DNA of 64,000 nt from contig NIVC01001367.1 in the NCBI GenBank assembly GCA_002269645.1, positions 124,001 through 188,000 of the forward strand, read 5' to 3'. A model generated the notes under the pieces. That model did no database searches. It saw only the letters and a program-made list of their open reading frames with translations, and was not told where the DNA came from. Positions 44,669 to 55,645 of the stretch are shown piece by piece (position 1 is the stretch's first letter; every line of letters starts with the position of its first letter). The DNA comes from Macrostomum lignano. Its lineage: Eukaryota. The position numbers and the translations under genes were made by a program.

Positions 44669-47600
44669 CTACAGGCCGCCGCCGAGCGAGATCTCGCTGA
44701 CGCTGTCGGCCTCATCCGGGCTGCTGCCGGCCACGGGGTCCAGGCCGGGCACGTTGACCGTCAGGCGGCGCGGCCCGGTGGTGCCCAGGCTGGCCGAGTC
44801 CGCGGTGGCAGCGAAGGCGTCCTGGATGGCCTGGTTGGTGCTGAGCAGGTTGGTGGCGGTGCTGCTCAGGCCCAGGTAGGCGTCCGGGTCCACGTCCGGC
44901 CGGTCCGTGGCCTCGGTGGAGAACTCGGCCGTGCTGGCCATTGCGGTGCGGTCGTCGGCGGCGGCGCTGTCCCGCAGCTGCAGGGACTCGCGCTGGGCGG
45001 GCGGCGACTGGCTCGGCCGGAGCGGCTCGCTCGGCTCGCTGGTTCGGGCGGCCGCGGACGATGACGAGGGTGGCGGAGGAGGCCGCGACGGCACCGGGGC
45101 CGGCGGTGGCGGCGGAGAAGGCGGCGGCAACTCAGCGTCATCGTCATCGTCGCCGATGATGTCGGTGACGTCGTCACCGTTGTCGGGGCCGCCTGGCTCA
45201 GAGAGGGACGAGCCGGCTGAGCTGTCGGCGAAGTCCGCGGCGGCGGCGGCTGCAGCGGCGGCGGCGTCGGAGCGATGGCGCCGGCCAGGAGGGGGCGGGT
45301 AGAGCGGGCGCCCGTCGCTGCCAGCGATGACGGCCAGCACGGGATCACGGCGGGGGTCGGCCCGGTGCGACGGCGCCCGGCGCGGAAATTCGCCCTCGCT
45401 GCGGGTGGGCGGGTCGGCCAGAGACTGGTCGGCGGTGAGATCGAAGGCGGCCTCGCCGTTGCTGGCGTCCAGCTGGCCGAGCAGCTGGCGAGCTTCGGTG
45501 GCAACCTGGATGTTCGGCGCCTGACCCTCGCTGCGGTCCAGCAGCCAGACGCCCTCGGAGATGCTGTCCGCGCAGGTCGGCGTGGCGGGTGACGACGGTG
45601 TCGAGGGCGTGGCCGAGGGCGGCACCTCGGGGACAGCAGACTGCGGCGGCGAGCCGGGTATCGGCAGAGTCGTCTGCGCCTCGACATCCACGGCTGTCTG
45701 GGAGACAGCGTCCTGTAGGGTCTGGCAGCCCATGTCCATCCGAGACGACTGGGCGATCGGTTGCGGCTGGGGCGGCGGGGTGGCCGCTGACGGCTCCTCC
45801 AGCGATGGCGTCGGGGTGCGCACAGAGTGACGCGACGGCAGGCTGACGATGTCCTGGTCGGGAAGTTGGCGTTCTTCTGCTGTTGATCCGCCGCTGAGCT
45901 CCGAATCCGGAGAGGCGGCCTGGGCTCGAGGCTGCGGCTGTGGCTGCGGAGGCGGGGGCGGTGCCGGCGGCTCCGGGCGCTGCTGCAGCAGCAGTTGCAA
46001 AGCCGACAGAGGCACGGAGGGCTCAGCAGCGGGCGCAGCAGGCGTCGGAGTTCGCTGAGTCGGCGTGGATTCGGTGGCCGTCTCCGGCTGCTCGTCATCG
46101 CGCGGGGTGGCTTCGGGCGTTGAAAAGGCGGCGCCGCCTGGCGGCTGTACGTCCCGACCGGCCAATCGGCGCGCGGCGCGTTCGACTCGGGCAAGCAGCG
46201 CGGAGAGAATCATGCGCCGGATCAGCGCGTCCAGGCCAGCCGAGTTCGCGCGCTCTGGAGGCGCACCTGACGGCCGCCTGCGCTGGTCGACCATGCGAGC
46301 GAGCACCTCGGCAAGGACTTCGTCGCGCATCCGGGAGCGCACGGCATCGGCGGTGCGGCCGGCGCGAACTCGACCGGCTGGCTGTGACGCCGCGGCCGCG
46401 TCCTCGGCGGAGGGACGGCGACGCGATGGGCCTGTTGGAGGCGCTGGCCGGCGAGGCGGCGGCCGGTGATAGCCAGGAAGCCGGACGCCTGCGCCCTCAA
46501 CCGAGGCGCCGTCCTCGTCGTCGCCGTCGTTCCCGTCGTCACGGCGATCATCCCGGGGCGGCGATCCCGCCTGCACGGCTTCCTCGCGAGTTTGCGGCGG
46601 CTTCGGCTCCCGCCTCTTTGGCACGGCGCTGGTCGGTGCGGCGCGCCGGCGTGGCGGCTCCTCAGCCGGCTGACGGGGCAGGGCGGTGATGGGGCCTTTC
46701 ACATCATTGGCAAAGTGCATGTACGGCATGCGCTGCCAGGGCCCCAGCTTGCGGCGCTGACCGCCTGCTGGGGCGGCTTTCTGAGGCGAGCACAGTCGGG
46801 CCAGCTCTGACTCCGATACTGCGTCAAAAATTGCTCGAATCGGCAGAGGCGCCTCTTCGGGCGGCTGCTGCACTCGCGTTCTTCTGGCGCCGGGCACCGC
46901 TCGCTGACGGATGGCGCCGCCGTGCTTGATGACGTCATCGACAATGGCGCGAACCCGGGCCCTCTGCGCGGCCGCCTCGTCCTGCCAGATGGCGTCAACG
47001 ATGCTGTAGATCAGCTTGCCATCGCGGCTTCGCTCGGCTGTCTGGGCGCGCGTCTCCAGCGCCTTCTGGCGGCGTCGAACCTCCAGCAGGGTGCGCTGCG
47101 CCGCCGCCACCGAGTCCTCTGGCTTGTGGCTGCCGGCCGCCTCCTGTTGGCGCCGCTCCGCCTCCAGCACGCTGTCATAGGATGGATAAACGCTGCGGTC
47201 AGGCAGCGGGTCGCGGCGCAGGTACTCGTTCAGCGGATAGGAGCGGCGCTTCTTCTCTGGCGCCGCCGCCGCGCCGGCGCCGCCGCTGCCAGCCCCGTTG
47301 ATCTCGAAGCGGGACAGGCCGGAGAGGCTCACGGCGGGCGTTGAGCGATCAGCGGGCGGCTCAATGGCGGACATCGCAGGCGAGGACTGGTACTGCGGCA
47401 GCATGGACGTCGGGCGGGAATGCCCCGCGCTGGTGGTCGGGCGGGACTGCCCCGCGCTGGTCGTAGCCGTGGCCTCGGCCGGCGGCATGGCCTGGTAGCG
47501 GTCTTTGTGCGCCCGGATGTCGGAGCGAATGCTGTCGATCTCGTTAAGCAGGCGGGCCACGCCGCCGCCGAGCTCGCTGTCACCGCGGCGGACGATCGCA

Positions 47601-49023
47601 CGCACCTCGTCACGAATGTCCGACACGACTTGGGCGGCGCGATCGACGCTCGGTGGCTGCGGCTCCGCCGGCTGTGGGCCCGGAGACTTGCGCGTCGACT
47701 CGCCTGCCGGGCGGCGCTGCGGCCCGGTGGACGACGCCCGCTCGTCGACCAGCTGGCGCAAAAACTGCTGCTGGTGTTGCGTGGGAGGCGGGGGCGGCGG
47801 AGGCCCCGGCATCACAGGCACCATCGGCATTCGGTGCTGCTGCATGAGCAGCTCCTGCTGCATCCGCAACTGCTCCCGCTGCAGCTGCTCCAGCTGGCTC
47901 AGCCGGTCTGCCAGCAGGCGGTCCAGCTGCTCCCGCAGGCGGCGCTCTTCCTCCTGCTTCGGCTGCTGCCCACCTGCCGAGACAGCCCGCTCCGCCTCCA
48001 GCCGTTCGAGCCTCTCCAGCAGGCGGCCGATGTTCGCCTCAACCTGCTGCTGCCCGCGGATCAGCGGCTCTGCCATGGCCACCGCGGCAGTCGCGGCCGC
48101 CGTAGCCGCCACCTGCTGCGGCTGCTGTTGAGGTGGCAGGACCCTCGGTGGACGACTCGGCCACCGGAGCCGCCGCCGCCGCCGCCAACTTTTCGGCTGG
48201 CCAGGAGGCGGCGACAATCAGCGACATCGCCGGCCGAGGGCTGCGGCTGCTGCTGACGGGCCGCCGTCTCCCCGAACTCTCTGCCTTCATTCTCGGCCTC
48301 CTCATCATTGCCAAGGCGCTGAGGTGGAGACTCGCAGGCAGCTCCCTGCCGGAGACCGCTGCCACCTTGCCGGAGCGTCATGGTGGCGATGCCTTCGTCA
48401 GCCAGCTCGATGTCGCCCGATGCGACTGCCGCGGCGTTTTCGGTGACGCCGTCCATGACGTCATCCACAGTCCGGGCGGGAACGTCAACAACGTCGGAGA
48501 AGACGGCGCCGGGGACCGGCCGCTTCCACACCAGCTTGTCAGGAATGCGGCCGCTGCTCCGCAGCTCGCCCGCAGCAGCCGAGCCGGCCAGCTGGTGCGC
48601 CGCCTCTGTGGGCAGCAGGTAGAACTGATCGTCCAGAGTTGTCGAGCCCTGCGACGCCCGGACGTCGACAGCAGAAGCGGCCTGCTGGTCGCTGTCCTTC
48701 TCCTGCTGCTGCCAGGACGCGTCCCAGCGACTCCGCAGGGCCTCCTCGCTTTCGGGCGGCGCGCGGCCCGCGCTGCCCAACGCGGAGTCGACAGCCCGCT
48801 GAGTGGCTCGAAGGACCCGGTCAGCGGCTGAGGCTTCGCTGGCTGCGGAGGCGCCTGCCGGCTGCTGCTGCGCCTTCAGGCGGGTGAGCTCGGCGCTGCC
48901 GTTCAAGCTGAGCATAGGCGCGCCGCTGGAGCCGGTGGGTGGGGGAGGGCTCTGCATTGATTCCCGATAGAATTCGGACTGCTCCCGCCCAGACTGCTTC
49001 TGCACTACTTGAAGTCCAGCCAT
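44669..49023 (-). CDS. KIAA0586: TALPID3/KIAA0586 centriolar ciliogenesis protein; two long ORFs (49023-about 48145 and about 48145-44669) with a frame break
   Basis: VAATAAATAAVAMAEPLIRGQQQVEANIGRLLERL matches the TALPID3 [30 protein letters not shown] block as recalled. RDGKLIYSIVDAIWQDEAAAQRARVRAIVDDVI matches KDGAAMYSLINAL...RIRKTVDEWI. The C-terminus has SISEG/SEGQ motifs, and coiled coils are present. Confidence 0.8.
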
Positions 49024-49451
49024 AGACTAATTTCTATTGATAGCAATTTCATTCTTTGAGCTCTCTACGCTTGCTAAACCCCAGGCTTGAAAGAGAGTTA
49101 AGTGGAAATAAACAGTTTTAAAAAATCACGCTATTAATAAACTATATATATTTTGCCAAAGCATCTAACACATTGAAAACGCAAATAAAATCAAGATTGG
49201 TGTGCAAATTAAAGAGTGGAAAAACCCTAGGCATTTCTCCTACCCAGCGCATGCAATCAGCAGTCCAGCAAAGCAGCCCAGAAACCGCAGGGAATGTCAG
49301 AAAATGCAGCAGCCAATGAGCAACGCCCGCTGTTATTGACAGCAAATCGATCGAATGATAGTGCAAGAAAAAATATAGGAAAGCCGCTAACAGATAGAAA
49401 ATTGAGAACGCTGAGCCAGAATAACTATAAACCATTGTGCAAAAATTAATG

Positions 49452-49960
49452 TATCCGAACACACCGCAGGCACTCAGATATCCGGACACAGCGCAGGCAC
49501 TCAGATATCCGGACACAGCGCAGGCACTCAGATATCCGGACACAGCGCAGGCACTCAGATATCCGGACACAGCGCAGGCACTCACATATCCGGACACAGC
49601 GCAGGCACTCACATATCCGGACACAGCGCAGGCACTCAGATATCCGGACACAGCGCAGGCACTCACATATCCGGACACACCGCAGGCACTCAGATATCCG
49701 GACACACCGCAGGCACTCAGATATCCGGTCACACCGCAGTCCGCAGGCACTCAGATATCCGGTCACACCGCAGTCCGCAGGCACTCAGATATCCGGTCAC
49801 ACCGCAGTCCGCAGGCACTCAGATATCCGGTCACACCGCAGTCCGCAGGCACTCAGATATCCGGTCACACCGCAGTCCGCAGGCACTCAGATATCCGGAC
49901 ACACGCAGTCCGCAGGCACTCAGATATCCGGACACACGCAGTCCGCAGGCACTCAGATGC
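49452..49960. repeat. 27-bp minisatellite grading into a longer variant unit
   Basis: cgcaggcactcagatatccggacacag, then ...ccggtcacaccgcagtccgcaggcac. Confidence 0.93.
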
Positions 49961-50057
49961 ACTCAGCGGGTACAGTAAAGCTATCAATTAAAGCGCATTA
50001 TCTATAAAAATAGAGGAAAAATCGTGCATCGAATGCCCGACGGCCGGCAGCCCAGAG

Positions 50058-51559
50058 CTATGGCTGCCTCGGCCAGATGGGCAGCGGGTGCGCTTCGGTG
50101 TTGAACAGCCACTTGTCCAGCGGCAGCAGGTCGTTGTCCTCAGAGAATAGCAGGAAGAAATACTTCAGTGTCTCGGCGAACCAGAACGACTCGCATTTGG
50201 TCCGCTTGCCTGGGTTGCGGGCGTTGGTGACGTCGCTGATGCTGACGTAGCCGGCTGGCTGCACCTTGGTGTACTTCTCGAAGGCCTGGAAGATGGCCCA
50301 GCCCCAGTCTTGGTACTTCCTGTCACCGGTGACGCGCCACATGTAGAACAAAGACTCCACAGTTTCCGGTCGCTGAATATTGTGCCGGTCAAGCGGCTTC
50401 ACGTAGGTGTCGGCCACCGAGGCGGCGTCCGTGTTGAAGTGGGTAATCTCAGGAGCCAGGCCGGTGGCCGTGGTCGTGTAGGTGATGTAGCAGGTGCGCA
50501 TGAGCTGCTCGGCCAGCCGCAGGTGCTCCCGCGGCATGCCGTGCAGGAAGCCGTAGGCCAGGGCGCCCGGCAGGAAGCAGACCAGGTGGTCCATCTTGGG
50601 CGAGAAGGTGGTGCCGCCGAGCAGCTCGCCGACGAACTTGAACCGGTGCGGCTGGGACTCGCGCACCAGGTGCTTGGCGACGCCGTCCATTGCGGCCAGC
50701 CAGTCGTCGCGAAGGTATTCAAATGAGCGCGACTTGCCGGCCTGCACGAACTGCTTGATGAGGTATTCGTAATAGCTGTCACCGCGGGCGCCCAGCGACA
50801 CGGTGCCGCCGTTGTGCAGCCGGCCGGTGACGGAGTTCACGTAGATCGGCACCAGGCCGTCCTTCTTGTCGGCCGAGTGCAGCACGCGGCTGATCCGGTC
50901 GGCGGCGTCGGCGAACTCCGGCCGGCCCGTCAGGCGGGACAGCTCGCGGAGTTCCAGCTGCACGGAGGACACCTGGGTGCGGCAGGTGGGGTGGGGGCGC
51001 TTGGCTCTTTTGTGCACGAACCCCTGCGGCTTAGAGAATCGAACCTAGGAGCTTGGTTGCGCGAGTAAGACACATCTCCGCTCCGCCACTGTCCCCGTCC
51101 TATCGGTGAGATCAGTGAGATCACAGATAGAGGGCCCGATTTCAAACCTCAGACGTGGAAGACTCAACAGTCCAGACGGGGTTGGAGGCCTGGCCAGTGT
51201 GCAGGTTGATGTCGCTGTACGGCAGGCCCGAGGGCGAGCTGAAGGCGGGCAGCAGCCGCTCGCCAAGCTGAAGGGCACGGTCCAGGTAGATAGAGTCATT
51301 GGACAGGTGGTAGGCCGACAGCAGACCTCCCAGCAACCGGATGGTGGTCTCAAAGACGTTCGTGTGCGGCTTATCGACATCAAAGTTGAGCTGCGTGGCG
51401 ACCCACTCGCGGGCCTTGGCGACCTGTTGGGACATCCCCATGATCATGAGAGTGTCCAGCGAGTCTATGAGAGTCAGGCCGGCGCCCATCCACACAGCGG
51501 AGGACCTACAAATGGGAGCAATTCAGTAGCGATTGAAAGCTGCGGCCTGTCTGTCATGG

Positions 51560-51602
<43 letters not shown>

Positions 51603-51661
51603 GTCTGTCTGCCTGTGTCTCTGTCTGTGTCTATCTGTCTGTCTGTCTGTCTTTCTGCCTG

Positions 51662-51714
<53 letters not shown>

Positions 51715-52420
51715 TTCTGCCTGTGTCTGTCTGTCTGTCTGTCTGTTTAGGGCTCAGCCGCAGTGGCGAACAGCCCCTAAACGCACTTGGACAGCGGGTG
51801 AACCTCGTCCTTGCCCCAGGCGTAGAGCTCGTAGGCCTTCCACGAGTGCTGCATGGCCTCCAGCACCGCCAGCTGCCGCCGGCTTGGCGACGTCTCCGAC
51901 AGGCGGCCCAGCGAGCCGGCCGGCAGCGGAGACCGGCGGCTGGCGGCGACACCCGCTGCGGGGCCGGCGACCCCCGGCGCATCCGGCAAAGCAGGCGGCC
52001 GCGGCGGCTTCGGCAGCTCCGGTGGGGGCGATGCAGAAGTCGGATCAGCTGCAGAAGCAGATACAGGAATGTCAGAGACTCGCCTTCTCAAAGGCACGCG
52101 GCATGATTCAGGACAACCTCTGCTGCTCAATCCAAGCTTTTGAATAACCAATTCTTAAAAATTCACAGTTAAAAGCAATAAAGCTCACCTCTTTCCTCAG
52201 GTTTTGCCGGCCCTGCCTCAAAGCCAGGCGGGTCGACCATCTGCAGGTCCTGGCCAGCGGCCGCCCGCTCCATCACGGCAACCCGGGGCAGGGCGAACCA
52301 GAACACGAACAGCGCCAGCGCCAGCAGCAGCAGCACCAGGCGGCGCTGGAAGCGCGAAATTCCTCGCCACCGGCGCAGCAAGGCGGTGGGCGGAGCGATT
52401 TGAAGCGAGCTCTGAGTCAC
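50058..52420 (-). CDS. MAN1B1: ER mannosyl-oligosaccharide alpha-1,2-mannosidase (GH47), type II membrane protein
   Basis: Exons about 52430-52189 ([20 protein letters not shown] anchor), 52048-51787, 51505-51148 and 50972-50058, all phase-consistent. GH47 motifs: [52 protein letters not shown]. The 5' end is unresolved; a possible first exon has an ATG at 52629. Confidence 0.92.
51559..51748. repeat. (TCTG)n microsatellite in a MAN1B1 intron
   Basis: TCTG run with gcctgtgtct interruptions. Confidence 0.95.
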
Positions 52421-52645
52421 GGGCTGCGGCAGCTCACGCTAAAGACGGCCTATGCTAAATACTTTGCAGCCAGATAATGCTGGGAGTATAGCCCAGGTAT
52501 ACTGTGACTGTCTGGCACCTGAGCTCCAAGTCACCGGCACTTCAGCATTCCACACCCCTGGGCATGCACTCACACAGGGATGTCCGGTGGTGAGGAAATT
52601 CTGCCCATTTCGCTGACAGCTGAGGACATACAAGCGCGCGCGGAT

Positions 52646-52764
52646 GTACTGTACTCAGGCACGCACTCAGGCACGCACTCATGTACTCAGGCACGCACTC
52701 ATGTACTCAGGCACGCACTCATGTACTCAGGCACGCACTCATGTACTCAGGCACGCACTCATAC
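52646..52764. repeat. 20-bp minisatellite upstream of MAN1B1
   Basis: Unit gtactcaggcacgcactcat. Confidence 0.9.
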
Positions 52765-53069
52765 ACAAGCTAACACCTTCTAACCGTCAGGCATGTTCAC
52801 TCCCTGCGGACAGATAATTATATACAGGATTTGGACGATAGGGTAAAATTAACTTCCTACTAGCCTGAATGCTAATTCTAGGACAAATAAACAGAGACAG
52901 GACAAATAAAACATTAAAAGCGAACGGTAAAGAACTTCATAGCAGTTTCACTTTGTTTTAATTTTCTTGCTTTTCAAATAACAAATAAAACAAGTGAGCT
53001 ACATGCAGCTAGGACATGTGCGGAAAACTGCTTTGGCAATCATAGGTTCGTAAAGGCAACATGAGGGTC

Positions 53070-53565
53070 AGTCAGTCATGCAGCAGTTCCTCTATTCTCA
53101 CCTGGTGCCCCTCACACTGTCAGTCATGCAGCAGTTCCTCTATTCTCACCTGGTGCCCCTCACACTGTCAGTCATGCAGCAGTTCCTCTATTCTCACCTG
53201 GTGCCCCTCACACTGTCAGTCATGCAGCAGTTCCTCTATTCTCACCTGGTGCCCCTCACACTGTCAGTCAGTCATGCAGCAGTTCCTCTATTCTCACCTG
53301 GTGCCGCTCACACTGTCAGTCATGCAGCAGTTCCTCTATTCTCACCTGGTGCCGCTCACACTGTCAGTCATGCAGCAGTTCCTCTATTCTCACCTGGTGC
53401 CCCTCACACTGTCAGTCATGCAGCAGTTCCTCTATTCTCACCTGGTGCCCCTCACACTGTCAGTCATGCAGCAGTTCCTCTATTCTCACCTGGTGCCCCT
53501 CACACTGTCAGTCATGCAGCAGTTCCTCTATTCTCACCTGGTGCCGCTCACACAGTCAGTCATGC
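53070..53565. repeat. 48-bp minisatellite, about 10 copies
   Basis: Unit gtcagtcatgcagcagttcctctattctcacctggtgcccctcacact. Confidence 0.95.
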
Positions 53566-53820
53566 AACACTTCATGACTCATTGGTAAGAAAATAAGCAA
53601 ACGATAAAGCCGCACATAGGATAGATTTTTGCTAATGCAGTAGTGGATGAATATTAGATTAAGTAGAAGTGAGTCTGCAATAAAGGATGAACAGGCTTAT
53701 ACAATGTAGATGAGGATGCGGAAGATTAAGACAGTAAGCGACAGCGGTATATACCGCTTGTACAGCATAAAGTGTGCAATAAAACAAAAACTGGATTGAA
53801 CACAATGCAAAAAGCTGGAG

Positions 53821-53968
53821 CCAATCACACTCCAGACAATCGAACATCGGATACATTAGTTACATTGGCAACCCTGAAACCTCAGCGCGAAATAGCCAAT
53901 CACACTCCAGACAATCGAACATCGGATACATTAGTTACATTAGGAAAACTGAAACCTCAGCCCGAAAT
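53821..53968. repeat. 75-bp direct duplication (2 copies)
   Basis: ccaatcacactccagacaatcgaacatcggatacattagttacatt... at 53821 and 53896. Confidence 0.9.
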
Positions 53969-54242
53969 AACAAAGACTTGGATTCCTATATACTAAAAAA
54001 TTTTTATTCTAAAAATCGTTTTCAAACATTCGTAAAAATCGAAAAAGCTGCAACCCAGAATTTGGAACCAAAGAACACATTGAGCAAGATGGGAGCAGAG
54101 CTCACTAATACGAATCGTATGTAAATCAAGAAAAAAACGATTGCAGAGCGCACAGATAAAAACATTCACGTTGGCTGAAGGAACAAAAAAACAAGGATAC
54201 AAATGTTACAGATGTTAAACCGTGGTGTGCGGGGGTAGCAAA

Positions 54243-55410
54243 GATTTACCGATCAGATCTGCTGAACTCAGCTCAGGCCATGGCAGTGATTTACCGATCA
54301 GATCTGCTGAACTCAGCTCAGGCCATGGCGGTGATTTACCGATCAGATCTGCTGAACTCAGCTCAGGCCATGGCAGTGATTTACCGATCAGATCTGCTGA
54401 ACTCAGCTCAGGCCATGGCGGTGATTTACCGATCAGATCTGCTGAACTCAGCCCAGGCCATGGCGGTGATTTACCGATCAGATCTGCTGAACTCAGCTCA
54501 GGCCATGGCAGTGATTTACCGATCAGATCTGCTGAACTCAGCCCAGGCCATGGCAGTGATTTACCGATCAGATCTGCTGAACTCAGCTCAGGCCATGGCG
54601 GTGATTTACCGATCAGATCTGCTGAACTCAGCTCAGGCCATGGCAGTGATTTACCGATCAGATCTGCTGAACTCAGCTCAGGCCATGGCGGTGATTTACC
54701 GATCAGATCTGCTGAACTCAGCCCAGGCCATGGCGGTGATTTACCGATCAGATCTGCTGAACTCAGCTCAGGCCATGGCAGTGATTTACCGATCAGATCT
54801 GCTGAACTCAGCTCAGGCCATGGCAGTGATTTACCGATCAGATCTGCTGAACTCAGCTCAGGCCATGGCGGTGATTTACCGATCAGATCTGCTGAACTCA
54901 GCCCAGGCCATGGCGGTGATTTACCGATCAGATCTGCTGAACTCAGCTCAGGCCATGGCAGTGATTTACCGATCAGATCTGCTGAACTCAGCCCAGGCCA
55001 TGGCAGTGATTTACCGATCAGATCTGCTGAACTCAGCTCAGGCCATGGCGGTGATTTACCGATCAGATCTGCTGAACTCAGCTCAGGCCATGGCAGTGAT
55101 TTACCGATCAGATCTGCTGAACTCAGCTCAGGCCATGGCGGTGATTTACCGATCAGATCTGCTGAACTCAGCCCAGGCCATGGCGGTGATTTACCGATCA
55201 GATCTGCTGAACTCAGCTCAGGCCATGGCAGTGATTTACCGATCAGATCTGCTGAACTCAGCTCAGGCCATGGCAGTGATTTACCGATCAGATCTGCTGA
55301 ACTCAGCTCAGGCCATGGCGGTGATTTACCGATCAGATCTGCTGAACTCAGCCCAGGCCATGGCGGTGATTTACCGATCAGATCTGCTGAACTCAGCTTA
55401 GGCCATGGTG
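54243..55410. repeat. 45-bp minisatellite, 26 copies, with a 10-unit higher-order repeat and a downstream inverted copy
   Basis: Unit gatttaccgatcagatctgctgaactcagc(t/c)caggccatggc(a/g)gt; the inverted arm is at 55495-55521. Confidence 0.97.
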
Positions 55411-55645
55411 ATTATTTACCTAGGGTCGCTATAAACAAATTTTATAAAATCCAGCATGGAAATGAGTTCTTAAATCTAGCAAAATTGCATCTGCAGCTGA
55501 GTTCAGCAGATCAGATTGGTAGGGACTAGCAATATTGTTGCTAATGCAAATAGCCATACATAAGGACACAAATAGCATTGAAACAAAGAAACAATTTTAA
55601 CTGATTGAACGCGCAAAAAGAGTTTGCCATCCAGTAGGACAGATT

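Noticed and set aside
20853-49023. Functional clustering of cilium- or centrosome-related genes (FIGNL1, CNG channel, TALPID3)
   Set aside because: The genes are on different strands with unrelated genes interspersed and no shared regulatory motif, so chance is sufficient.
54222-55529. 435-aa and 373-aa ORFs and a CRISPR-like look of the 45-bp array
   Set aside because: The units are contiguous with no unique spacers, there are no cas genes and the context is eukaryotic. The ORFs arise only because 45 is a multiple of 3 and the unit is stop-free.
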